Shown in pieces: positions 38,411 to 47,307 of a DNA stretch of 64,000 nucleotides. The notes below the pieces were generated by a model, which was given only the letters and a program-made list of their open reading frames with translations, made no database searches and had not been told where the DNA came from. The stretch's first letter is position 1, and each line of letters begins with the position of its first letter. The stretch is from a virus. A program made the translations under genes and the position numbers. The DNA lies in the IMG/VR virus record IMGVR_UViG_3300008952_003529; one strand, written 5' to 3'.

Positions 38411-38686
38411 ATGGCAAAGTCCAAGAAACTTACACCCGCACTTCTTAGAAAGTTAGTGCTTCAAGAAAAAAGAAGAATTAGAGAAACTCTAGAGTCTGGC
38501 ACTTTAGGAGATGTTGATAAAGTGAAGGCTGATGAAGTTGAAGCTGATGAATATGCTAACTCTCTCGAGAAAGATATTGATTGGATGAAGGCTCTTAAAA
38601 TTCACGAACGACGATTAAAGATCAAATTAAAGAAGATCCAGGAAAACCGCGCGAAGCTACGTAGAAGAATCACTAAAAAACTTTAA
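38411..38686 (+). CDS. Small charged head-region protein (91 aa)
   Basis: SD GGAGG at 38400-38404; basic-acidic-basic blocks. Confidence 0.7.
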   Translation: MAKSKKLTPALLRKLVLQEKRRIRETLESGTLGDVDKVKADEVEADEYANSLEKDIDWMKALKIHERRLKIKLKKIQENRAKLRRRITKKL

Positions 38687-38698
38687 AGGAACAAGAAC

Positions 38699-39181
38699 AT
38701 GCCCACACACAAACAAGGAATGGTAGAATCAGTTGTAACCACCAATGGGTCGGGGACTTCTGGAACTGAGACGATCAAGGCTAGCTTTCCCGCTTCGCCC
38801 ATATATCTTGGTGAAATGACGGATACCACCGTCAAAGAGCAAGCTCAAGAGCTTTTACTCGACGGCGTTGTAAATGACGGCGGACATACATTTGGTGAAT
38901 TTGATCGTGATTATGTCAATGCGCCCAACTACGGAGACGTTGAGGTTGGCGGCGGTGGTCTACCAGGCTCGCCATGGACACCAAACCCTGTATCACCTGG
39001 ACCTGGAAGTATGAATCCAACCGATCAAGCGGATCCGCCTGATGGCTGGGGTCAAACTCCAAATGCCCAGTGGGGTGGTGGTGTTGGTTCTCAACTTGAG
39101 CCTTCCGAGGCGTCAGCAGCACAATCGGCTACAAAGTTAGGTGATTATTCCCTAGGGAAAGCATCTGGCGACGCGGCATAA
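38699..39181 (+). CDS. Hypothetical Pro/Gly-rich head-region protein (160 aa)
   Basis: SD AAGGAA; clean ORF. Confidence 0.7.
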   Translation: MPTHKQGMVESVVTTNGSGTSGTETIKASFPASPIYLGEMTDTTVKEQAQELLLDGVVNDGGHTFGEFDRDYVNAPNYGDVEVGGGGLPGSPWTPNPVSPGPGSMNPTDQADPPDGWGQTPNAQWGGGVGSQLEPSEASAAQSATKLGDYSLGKASGDAA

Positions 39182-39187
39182 ATTATA

Positions 39188-39766
39188 ATGAATGGATCAG
39201 ATCTTCCTGTAAGTATTGGTCGCCGCTCTGGACGGAGCTACGATACGAACAAAGGGTTCGGCTACGGAAGAACGTCTGACCGTTTTCATAAGCCCCGAAT
39301 GAAGGGCGGAAATTTTCCATATTCTGCGCCAGTTGAAACCGACGAGCCATTAACGGATGAAGATGAAGAGATTGCAAAGAAAGTCGTTAACAAAATGCGT
39401 GGTGGAGCAGACCATAGAGATCACCTTTCCAGTCGCGCAGCAGATCACTTCACCTTTCAAGGCGGGAATATGCGGGTTGGCATAGCGAATGAAGCCACTG
39501 CCGGAACCGGAATGGTACCTTTCCCGCGCATGTATAAAAGAAATAGGATACAAGTTGGTGGCGGGGTTAATAGTCCAATGGCGTTCACTCCGGGTAGCGC
39601 ACTACAAACCGGAACAGAGCGAGGATGGGCTCACGCACCAATTCCACCGGCGAATGCCAATGATGAGATAACGTTTTCAGAGCTTGAGACTGGTGAAGAC
39701 CCGTCAATTCTTAAATTAAGAAAGGTAATTAGTAGTATCTTGAAGCAAGAAAAGGAAAATGAATAG
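39188..39766 (+). CDS. Hypothetical head-region protein (192 aa)
   Basis: Clean ORF filling the gap before the scaffold gene. Confidence 0.65.
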   Translation: MNGSDLPVSIGRRSGRSYDTNKGFGYGRTSDRFHKPRMKGGNFPYSAPVETDEPLTDEDEEIAKKVVNKMRGGADHRDHLSSRAADHFTFQGGNMRVGIANEATAGTGMVPFPRMYKRNRIQVGGGVNSPMAFTPGSALQTGTERGWAHAPIPPANANDEITFSELETGEDPSILKLRKVISSILKQEKENE

Positions 39767-39767
39767 C

Positions 39768-39790
39768 GAAGGGGAGTAATCTTCTTTTTT
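39768..39790 (+). terminator. Possible weak terminator
   Basis: GAAGGGGA-GTAA-TCTTCTTT stem needs three G.U pairs; followed by T's. Confidence 0.3.
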
Positions 39791-39796
39791 CATTGC

Positions 39797-39804
39797 ATAT
39801 TTAA
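39797..39804 (+). promoter_or_regulatory. Candidate late promoter motif ATATTTAA
   Basis: Intergenic, 31 nt before ATG 39828; would drive the scaffold-capsid unit. Confidence 0.55.
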
Positions 39805-39827
39805 AATGTGCGCTAAGGAATGATATA

Positions 39828-41498
39828 ATGTCAACAAATCTTTACATGGAAGCGATTCAGGAGGCTCAAGAGCTCAAAGCTATGGCCGAACAGAGCGCAA
39901 AAAACAAGATTATTGAAGCACTCACACCCAAAATCCAGGCGATGGTTGAAGCACAGCTTCTTTCTGAGCAGGTCGAAGATGTTGAAGTCGAAGAAGTAGA
40001 CGGAGAAGACTGGGAAGCAATGGATGCCCCAGTTGATGACGTCGAGATCGTTGACATGTCAATGGATTCACTACTACCTGCTGAGGAATTAGCGGCTCCC
40101 GATGAACTGGTCGACGATGAAGATGCCGTCGAAGTAGATAATGAAGCTCAAGTGGTAGTAAATGCCCAGGGTGACGTTTCTGTAAACGTATCTGAAAATT
40201 CTTCTCTCTCACGAGAGAGCGTCAATGCCATGAACAGGTTGCGACGCAACTCTAAGTCTTCCAAAGGAAGTAAGCTCACAGAAAGAAATGTGCGGCTTCG
40301 GAGGAAGGTTAGGAGAATGGACGCATTGTTGGAGGGCATTGAATATCGTCAATTGTCTTCGCAGCAACGTGCTGTAATTAAAAAGTCATATGCAAAACTT
40401 TTAAACGAAATGATCAAATTGCGTAAAGAATCAATAGTTAGTTCTAATCGCAACGAGAAAAAGGTTCGTCTTGCAATTTTCGAAACATTAAAGGAGATGA
40501 AAACAATGACTGATCGACGAAGCCGCGCCATCTTCAACCGCCTTTTTGAAGCTGGTGTCGACGAATTAGATGAAATGGAAATCGTTCTTTCCGACGACGA
40601 TCTTTTGGGTCTCGGAGTGGAAGAAGAAGTGCTCGAGGATGAGGAAGCCTTAGACCTGGATGCACTCGCCGCCGATGTGGAAGTATCATGGGCTGGCGCA
40701 GAGGAAGAAGCCGAAGGCGAAGCCCTTGAAGATGAAGGGTTGGAGCTTGAGGATGAGGGCGAGGCCCTTGAAGATGAAGGTGAAGCTGAAGAGCTTGACC
40801 TTGGAGAGGTCTATGAGATCGATCCCCGTATGTTGAAGATGGAGCTTCGTAAGCTTCGTCAGAGACGTCGTCTTGCCGAACAGGAAGTTGGAAGAGCCGC
40901 TGCGGCCGATCCGGCACTTGCTCACGGTGGCGATGACGAGGGTGATGTCATTCTTGATGTCAACGAAGATGACCTTATTAATGCTTTAGCTGATGAGCTT
41001 GGTGACCCTGGTGTTCCTACACCTGATGTTGGCCCCCGACCTTCTGCAGGTGATGCAATGCCTGAGTCCTACAAGCGTAGACTCCGTAGACGCCGTGTTG
41101 CTGAACAGCGCCGTCGTCAAGCATCTGCCGGCAGACGAACTCGTCGAAACCCCAAGACAGTTGCTGAGAACCGAGTTCTCAAGCGCAAGCTGTCTGAAAT
41201 GAATCTTTTTAACGCAAAACTGCTTTACGTGAATAAACTGATGCAAAATCGTAATGTAAGTTCTAAGCAGCAGCGTGCCATTGTCGAGGCTTTAGATAGT
41301 GCCAAGACTGTTAGAGAGGCCAAGCTTGTTTATGACAGCTTGACTCGCTCACTCAAGAAGCGGTCCCTTTCTGAGGGATCAACCGGAAGAAGAGTCCTTG
41401 GATCTTCATCTAGACCTACTCGCCGAGGCAGTTCATCTGCTTCTGAGTCGGGACAGACTGATCGTTGGGCAGTTCTCGCCGGAATTAACAACAAGTAG
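39828..41498 (+). CDS. Prohead core scaffolding protein (T4 gp22-equivalent position), 556 aa
   Basis: Directly before the major capsid gene; very acidic blocks and coiled coils; C-terminal EMNLFNAKLLYVNKLM...IVEALDSAKTVREAKLVYDSL. Confidence 0.75.
   Translation: MSTNLYMEAIQEAQELKAMAEQSAKNKIIEALTPKIQAMVEAQLLSEQVEDVEVEEVDGEDWEAMDAPVDDVEIVDMSMDSLLPAEELAAPDELVDDEDAVEVDNEAQVVVNAQGDVSVNVSENSSLSRESVNAMNRLRRNSKSSKGSKLTERNVRLRRKVRRMDALLEGIEYRQLSSQQRAVIKKSYAKLLNEMIKLRKESIVSSNRNEKKVRLAIFETLKEMKTMTDRRSRAIFNRLFEAGVDELDEMEIVLSDDDLLGLGVEEEVLEDEEALDLDALAADVEVSWAGAEEEAEGEALEDEGLELEDEGEALEDEGEAEELDLGEVYEIDPRMLKMELRKLRQRRRLAEQEVGRAAAADPALAHGGDDEGDVILDVNEDDLINALADELGDPGVPTPDVGPRPSAGDAMPESYKRRLRRRRVAEQRRRQASAGRRTRRNPKTVAENRVLKRKLSEMNLFNAKLLYVNKLMQNRNVSSKQQRAIVEALDSAKTVREAKLVYDSLTRSLKKRSLSEGSTGRRVLGSSSRPTRRGSSSASESGQTDRWAVLAGINNK
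40722..40780 (+). repeat. 17-nt direct repeat GCCCTTGAAGATGAAGG in the acidic block
   Basis: Copies at 40722-40738 and 40764-40780 (ALEDEG twice). Confidence 0.85.
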
Positions 41499-41526
41499 AC
41501 GCTAATTTCTAAAGGAGAAAACAAAA

Positions 41527-43473
41527 ATGTCTAAGAAGTTCACACTTGGTCAATTGACCGAAGGTATCCGAGCGCGCCACATGGGCGATCACGGTCGGCG
41601 CCTTACAGAAAAGTGGACTCGGACTGGTCTCTTGCGGGGTCTCGAGAGCGTCCATCGTGAAAACATGGCACAGTTGCTCGAGAACCAGGCAGGTCAGATT
41701 TTACGAGAGCAGAATACTCTCGGTGGTGGTGGGCTAGCGCCTGCAGCTTCATCTGGTGACATCCGAGGTTTCACTAATATTGCATTCCCAATCGTTCGTC
41801 GAGTATTCGGCGGTCTGGTTGCGAATGAGCTGGTTTCAATCCAGCCTATGAGTTTGCCGTCCGGCCTACTCTTCTACCTTGACTACACTTATGGTTCTAA
41901 CCAGGGTGGTGTTGCGGAAACTAGTTCCGGTGCAGATACCGGTCTTGGTACTAGCACTAAGAGTACATACGGCAAGGGTCAGTCCATATATAATAACCCC
42001 GCGGGTAAGGGCGTTCGCTCTGGTTCGCTGGGAACGGGTGGACAGTATGACTTGGCTGGTTCTGGTTATTCAAAGGTTCATGCAAGGGTCGATGTTACTC
42101 TTGATGCAACCAACCAGTTCGTGCTTGGAAACAGTGCAACTCAAAGTCGTACAACGTCAGCTGGCTCCGCTGCATCTTCTGGTGCAGATGGTCGGTTTCT
42201 CCAGTTCGATCCCCAGGTAACTAGGGCAATCGATTCAGAGAGCGGAACATTCCGTTTCGTTACCGTTGATCTTGGCACCCTCGGGTCCGAGTTCGATCCT
42301 CGTATGATTAAGGAAGCAGCCCTTGTTATATCTGGTACTGACTCCGCGCTTCAAAACCAGGCTGGTGATGGTCTGGCAGCTCCCTATACTGACCTTGCGG
42401 TTCCTGGCGAGACATGGCAGGGCGGCCGGAATGTGTATAACATCCGTCGTCTTAACCAGCTCGTTAAGTCCAGCTCAGATGGTGGCGCCATTTCTAGTGA
42501 TCCACTGGCTGCTGCAAGTAAGGCTGGTTCTGCACTTTTGATGGTACTTTCTGGTACGAACATCGGTACAGGCGACCTCGGTTGCTGGTCAGTTGTCTTT
42601 CCGAAGAGCAACTCTCTGAATGTTGGTAACGATGGCGATACCCTTGTGGTTCCCGTCTTCGAGTCTAACTTCAGCCAGAGCGATGCGCAACCGGTTATTC
42701 CCGAAATCGACATCAAGATCGAGAGCATCTCGGTCGTGGCGTCCACTCGGAAGCTGCGTGCTCGTTGGTCCCCAGAGCTTGCTCAGGACTTGAATGCTTA
42801 CCACAGCCTTGACGCTGAGGTTGAGCTTACTCAAATCCTCTCTGAGCAGATTGCTCTTGAGATCGATCGTGAGATCCTTAACGATCTCTTGATGGAAGCT
42901 GATACCAACTTCTACTGGAACCGTTCGCCTGGTGACTTTGTCAATAAGCGTAACGGTGCAGCTGTTTCTAGATCCGCATCCGCCGGGCCTTCCTTTACTG
43001 GTACGGTTCGCGAATGGTACGAGACCCTGGTCGAGACCATTATCGATGTTGCTAATGAGATTCATCGTAAGACTCTCCGAGGCTCTGCAAACTTCATGGT
43101 CGTTGGCCCTGATGTTGCTACCATCCTCGAGGCTTCGATCCTCTACCGCCCAGCCTACACCATTGATGGTGACGGTCAGGTGACTGGTGGAATGACTCTC
43201 GGCGCAGAGAAGGTCGGTACCCTGAGCAACCGTTTCACGGTCTATAAGGACCCCTACTTCCCACGCAACAAGATTCTTGTTGGGTATAAGGGCGGTAGCT
43301 ACCTTGAGACTGGTTACGTATATGCTCCTTATGTACCCCTGATTGTTACTCCGACAATCTTCGCTCCTGAGGACTTCACTCCTCGTAAGGGTGTGATGAC
43401 TCGGTATGGCAAGAAGATGGTACGTTCCGACTTCTACGGTACAGTCACGGTCATGAACATGGATATTATCTAA
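41527..43473 (+). CDS. gp23: Major capsid protein (T4 gp23-like), 648 aa
   Basis: LVANELVSIQPMSLPSGLLF, RKLRARWSPELAQDL.AYH.LDAE.EL..ILSEQI.LEIDREIL, YAPYVPL, GVMTRYG; SD AAAGGAG. Confidence 0.95.
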   Translation: MSKKFTLGQLTEGIRARHMGDHGRRLTEKWTRTGLLRGLESVHRENMAQLLENQAGQILREQNTLGGGGLAPAASSGDIRGFTNIAFPIVRRVFGGLVANELVSIQPMSLPSGLLFYLDYTYGSNQGGVAETSSGADTGLGTSTKSTYGKGQSIYNNPAGKGVRSGSLGTGGQYDLAGSGYSKVHARVDVTLDATNQFVLGNSATQSRTTSAGSAASSGADGRFLQFDPQVTRAIDSESGTFRFVTVDLGTLGSEFDPRMIKEAALVISGTDSALQNQAGDGLAAPYTDLAVPGETWQGGRNVYNIRRLNQLVKSSSDGGAISSDPLAAASKAGSALLMVLSGTNIGTGDLGCWSVVFPKSNSLNVGNDGDTLVVPVFESNFSQSDAQPVIPEIDIKIESISVVASTRKLRARWSPELAQDLNAYHSLDAEVELTQILSEQIALEIDREILNDLLMEADTNFYWNRSPGDFVNKRNGAAVSRSASAGPSFTGTVREWYETLVETIIDVANEIHRKTLRGSANFMVVGPDVATILEASILYRPAYTIDGDGQVTGGMTLGAEKVGTLSNRFTVYKDPYFPRNKILVGYKGGSYLETGYVYAPYVPLIVTPTIFAPEDFTPRKGVMTRYGKKMVRSDFYGTVTVMNMDII

Positions 43474-43502
43474 TAACTCCGGTTCATACCACTCTATAAA
43501 CT

Positions 43503-43532
43503 ACGGGGTCCCTTCGGGGGCCCCGTTTTTTT
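43503..43532 (+). terminator. Rho-independent terminator with a C(UUCG)G tetraloop
   Basis: ACGGGGTCCC-TTCG-GGGGCCCCGT then T's, just after the capsid gene. Confidence 0.92.
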
Positions 43533-43557
43533 ACGCGTACATGAATATGTTTATGAT
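43530..43557 (+). promoter_or_regulatory. Sigma70-like promoter TTTACG-N16-TATGAT
   Basis: -35-like hexamer starts in the terminator T-tract; upstream of SD GGGAG and ATG 43582. Confidence 0.45.
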
Positions 43558-43581
43558 TCTAGAAATAAGGGAGTTATTTTT

Positions 43582-43956
43582 ATGCCATCAACAAGAGCCA
43601 GTTTAAATTCAAGTAAAAAATCAACAAAGACGTCAAAAGCGACAAGCTCAACTTCACCAGAAGTGACAAAGTCTACGTCTACTACAGCACCATCAACTGT
43701 ATCATCAAAAAATGCTACAAGCGCTACAGCAGATTCAGCTCGAATTGATAGTCTGGAAAATGAAGTTGCTAATTTAAAAGAACAGATTTCATTATTATCA
43801 ACCACCCCAATAATTCAAGGTACTAGTAATCCAGTAGAATCAAATGAAGCACTTCTTAGAATGATTTATGATTGGTTTCGCCTTCAAGACAATGAAATGG
43901 TTCGTACGCAATTTAACTCACGTCACGGCGAATTTTTGAAGAGCTGCGCTCGTTAA
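43582..43956 (+). CDS. Hypothetical protein with Ser/Thr/Lys low-complexity N-terminus and short coiled coil (124 aa)
   Basis: SD GGGAG; A-rich coding sequence; RIDSLENEVANLKEQI heptads. Confidence 0.6.
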   Translation: MPSTRASLNSSKKSTKTSKATSSTSPEVTKSTSTTAPSTVSSKNATSATADSARIDSLENEVANLKEQISLLSTTPIIQGTSNPVESNEALLRMIYDWFRLQDNEMVRTQFNSRHGEFLKSCAR

Positions 43957-43994
43957 TTCACTTCCACGAATGTGATTTTTTGCGCCTGGGTTCT

Positions 43995-44002
43995 ATAGTT
44001 AG
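43995..44002 (+). promoter_or_regulatory. Candidate late promoter motif ATAGTTAG
   Basis: Intergenic, 21 nt before ATG 44016. Confidence 0.5.
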
Positions 44003-44015
44003 AACAGGGTGAGCT

Positions 44016-45203
44016 ATGTCAACATTCGCATTTACTAGAAATCCAACACCATTCGGTTTTTTCGATACTGACTCTGCATTTCAATCAGAGGCCGATGGTG
44101 TAGTTACGTTTGTTAAGCGAAAGCTTGGCGACGATATTTTAAGCGTAGAGCTTACAAAAAAGCAGATTTGGGGTTGCTTGGAAGAAGCAACCCTTGAGTA
44201 CGGTCGGGTTATAAACGAGGCCGACGCAAAGTCTCAGATCTCCAATGTTTTAGGTATGCCCACCGGCTCTGGGGATACAATGACCATTAACGGTGGTGGA
44301 GTGTTCCCCAGACAAAGCTTGGAATACTTACTTAGGATGGCCGAACCGTATGCCTCAGAAGCCGGTATCGGAGGTTCATACAATGCAGTGTCAGGATCGA
44401 TCCAACTTAATAAGAATCAGCAAGACTATAACATTTATGAAACGTTAGTGACATCACCGGGCGGATCGACATTAGTGGTTAGTAGTAGCAAGAATAGCCC
44501 ACGTACAAAGCTTAAAATTAACGAGGTATATCATTTTACCCCCTCTGCTGCATATCGTTTTTTTGATACGACCTCAGCTATAAATTACATGAATAATGAA
44601 TTTAGTTTTGAGTCGTTTACTCCGGAAACCGTTTTTTATGTGCTCCCGGTATTCGAAGATGTATTACGAGCGGGTCAAATGGGAATTTCGAACCGCGTCC
44701 GAAAATCAAATTATTCCTATAAGATTACTGGCGAGAATATTCGGATATTCCCAATGCCCACGCAAGATGACCCAAAGTATTTATGGCTTAATGTGTCTTT
44801 TGCTCCAAACCCTCTAGACCCCGATATAAAAGATGATACAATATACGGGGTATCTGGGCTTTCGAACGTTCCGTATGGTAGGATAGCTTACAATACGATT
44901 AATTCGGTTGGTAGACAGTGGATACGTCAATTTGCGGCCGCCCTATGCGAAGAGCTTCTTGGGCAAGTTCGTTCAAAATTCGGCTCTGTACCGATTCCTT
45001 CGGGTGACCTTCAATTAAACGGTGGTGACTTAATAACTAGAGGCAGGGAGGATCAAACACGTTTACGCGACCAATTAATAGAACTCCTGGAAGGGTTGAC
45101 ATTTAGCAAGATATTAGAGAGTCAAGCCGCCGACGCAGACAATATTCAGAATACATTAAAGAAAATCCCAATGCCACTCGGCAAAACAATAATAATAGCT
45201 TAA
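44016..45203 (+). CDS. Neck / head-tail adaptor protein (T4 gp13-like)
   Basis: LSVELTKKQI..CLEEA..EY; QWIRQF..AL..E.LGQVRSKF..VPIP.G...LNG..L; first gene after the capsid unit. Confidence 0.75.
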   Translation: MSTFAFTRNPTPFGFFDTDSAFQSEADGVVTFVKRKLGDDILSVELTKKQIWGCLEEATLEYGRVINEADAKSQISNVLGMPTGSGDTMTINGGGVFPRQSLEYLLRMAEPYASEAGIGGSYNAVSGSIQLNKNQQDYNIYETLVTSPGGSTLVVSSSKNSPRTKLKINEVYHFTPSAAYRFFDTTSAINYMNNEFSFESFTPETVFYVLPVFEDVLRAGQMGISNRVRKSNYSYKITGENIRIFPMPTQDDPKYLWLNVSFAPNPLDPDIKDDTIYGVSGLSNVPYGRIAYNTINSVGRQWIRQFAAALCEELLGQVRSKFGSVPIPSGDLQLNGGDLITRGREDQTRLRDQLIELLEGLTFSKILESQAADADNIQNTLKKIPMPLGKTIIIA

Positions 45204-45212
45204 GGTGATTTG

Positions 45213-45896
45213 ATGGCTCGTCTTTTTATCACCCCCCGGGAAGTTGATCTTATATCTGACTTGACTAAAGAAGTCATGAAAGATGTTATTGGTCAAAAGA
45301 TTTATTATTATCGTATTCGGGAAGACCTTACGGAAATTCATGATGTGTATGAAGAGGCCGTAAATAAGATCTTTGATCCTCCAATCGATATTGATGCGAC
45401 AATCGAGTGGAACTCCCCCGTTGTAACAACAGGTCGTTTTGGTGTGGGAAAGAATCAAGAAATTGGTGCTTATTTACACTATAGAGACTTAATTGATAAG
45501 GGTATCGACGTCAGAGAGGGCGATTACTTCAGCTATGGTGAGGTATTCTTTGAAATAACTCAACTTCAGTGGCAGTCGACAATATATGGCGAAGTCGAAC
45601 ACACAACTGGCGTGAAACTCCAGGGCAAACAAGCTCGTAAGGGTCTAATTAATAAGGAACCAATCGGCCCAACAGACGAGGCCTATTATCCTGGAGACCC
45701 AAAAGCAGTGCAAGAGGTTTTTGTTCAACAACGCGGCTTCGCTGAAAATAGGCTCGGCCCAACGGGTGATGTCCGTGCTCTAATAGAGCAAGGAAAGATG
45801 CAATTACCTCCGACACCAGCACCAGCTGAGGTCTCTAAGAGGGTTCCACCGAATGAGCCGACACCAATCACTTCAAGATTTTATGATGAGACATAG
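45213..45896 (+). CDS. Neck / head-closure protein (T4 gp14-like)
   Basis: Between adaptor and tail-completion genes; GQKIYYY and VREGDYF.Y...FFEI patterns; ATG 45213 after SD AAGGTGA. Confidence 0.65.
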   Translation: MARLFITPREVDLISDLTKEVMKDVIGQKIYYYRIREDLTEIHDVYEEAVNKIFDPPIDIDATIEWNSPVVTTGRFGVGKNQEIGAYLHYRDLIDKGIDVREGDYFSYGEVFFEITQLQWQSTIYGEVEHTTGVKLQGKQARKGLINKEPIGPTDEAYYPGDPKAVQEVFVQQRGFAENRLGPTGDVRALIEQGKMQLPPTPAPAEVSKRVPPNEPTPITSRFYDET

Positions 45897-45898
45897 AG

Positions 45899-47242
45899 AT
45901 GTCAACACGATATAATACAACAGCATTCAAGGGTGGGCCACTAGACTTAGGATACTCAGGTGAGGATATTCCTCCTGATTTTGCTATTCCCTCTTGTACG
46001 ATAGAAGATGTTGATAGAGCATTGTTCAATTTTTTCAATGAAGAATTACCTCTTTTTTATAAGCGTCGGAAAGAAATGAAGAGGGTCCCAATAATTTTCG
46101 CAACTGGCGAGCGCTTTGCCATCCTTGCAAGAAACAAGCCTTTGAGAGATAAAGCCGGCGCGATTATTCTACCGCTAATATCCATCTTAAGAAGCGGGAT
46201 AGACCAAAATAGTGCCAAGGGTGCAATTCATGCACAGGGTGGTCCAATTACGATTAAGGTTCGACTTTCTGAAGATGACCCTCGATATCAACGCTTGCAG
46301 AATAGATTTGAATTTGAGAATTCTGATTCTGTGGCGGTAGCCGCAGATTCAAAGACTGCTGCTGGAACGGGTGGCGGCACTTCTGGCGGGAGGATTGCAA
46401 CTAGAAGAGAGGCGCCAGCGCTTCCGATTGCTCAACGTGGTGGATCTATGTTGACACCTCATACCTCAAAGAATATTGTCGAATTTATAGAGATTCCACC
46501 CATTAAACAATACACTGCAAATTATGAAATTACTTTTTGGACACAATACACTCAAGAAATGAATTCATTGTTGACTGTTTTGATGGGCGGTTATACGAGT
46601 CAATATCAAAGAACATTTTTGATTTCAACGACGGCCGGGTATAAATTCACCGCGTATATTGACGCAAGTTTAACACCCGGTAATAATTTTGATGACTTTT
46701 CGGAAGATGAAAGACTAGTTAAGTATAGCTTCAATGTAAGCATTCCAGCGTATGTTGTTGCTCCACAAGAAATAGGATTACCGGTGCCATTTAGGAGAAC
46801 AATTTCAGCCCCAGACATTAATTTTGGTACATCTGAATTAAGTGCCCAATTGGACACTGGACCGCCGTCTGGGGTTGCGTCAGGGGAACCTGGCCAATTT
46901 ATATTAGAAAATCTTGATACTGAAGATATGGGAATACCTGGACAAGCAATGCCAGCAGGAATTAATAGCACACTTACGAGTGGGTTTCCTGGTGTAGCCG
47001 CTGTTGTTTCGAACGCTATTAATATAGGATCTACAAATTCAGATTCGGTAACAACAGCAGCTTCATATCCGAACCGTCCGAAGGTAATAATTACTAAAAG
47101 AAACCCCTTCACTGGGAAGGATGAATACATTCAATTAAACGTGTTATATGCAAACAATAGAAAGGGAGAAACCGTTTTTAGACAATCAACTCAACCTCCG
47201 AGTGGATTTTCTATAGATTTAGGTGATCTCTTCAAGGATTGA
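45899..47242 (+). CDS. Tail completion / sheath stabiliser (T4 gp15-like)
   Basis: VPIIFATGERF, LPLISI.R, YEITFWTQY..EMN.LL; directly before the sheath genes. Confidence 0.7.
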   Translation: MSTRYNTTAFKGGPLDLGYSGEDIPPDFAIPSCTIEDVDRALFNFFNEELPLFYKRRKEMKRVPIIFATGERFAILARNKPLRDKAGAIILPLISILRSGIDQNSAKGAIHAQGGPITIKVRLSEDDPRYQRLQNRFEFENSDSVAVAADSKTAAGTGGGTSGGRIATRREAPALPIAQRGGSMLTPHTSKNIVEFIEIPPIKQYTANYEITFWTQYTQEMNSLLTVLMGGYTSQYQRTFLISTTAGYKFTAYIDASLTPGNNFDDFSEDERLVKYSFNVSIPAYVVAPQEIGLPVPFRRTISAPDINFGTSELSAQLDTGPPSGVASGEPGQFILENLDTEDMGIPGQAMPAGINSTLTSGFPGVAAVVSNAINIGSTNSDSVTTAASYPNRPKVIITKRNPFTGKDEYIQLNVLYANNRKGETVFRQSTQPPSGFSIDLGDLFKD

Positions 47243-47266
47243 TATGACATTTACCCTTTGCACGAA

Positions 47267-47274
47267 ATAGTTAT
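47267..47274 (+). promoter_or_regulatory. Candidate late promoter motif ATAGTTAT
   Basis: Intergenic, 41 nt before ATG 47308. Confidence 0.5.
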
Positions 47275-47307
47275 TTGTGATGAAAGTAGATCCAGGAGAC
47301 CCGACTC

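Noticed and set aside
27598-43473. Inteins or self-splicing introns in primase, SbcDC, TerL or capsid, given their sizes.
   Set aside because: ORFs are continuous; I see no intein end motifs (C/S start, HN-C/S/T end) or homing-endonuclease motifs.
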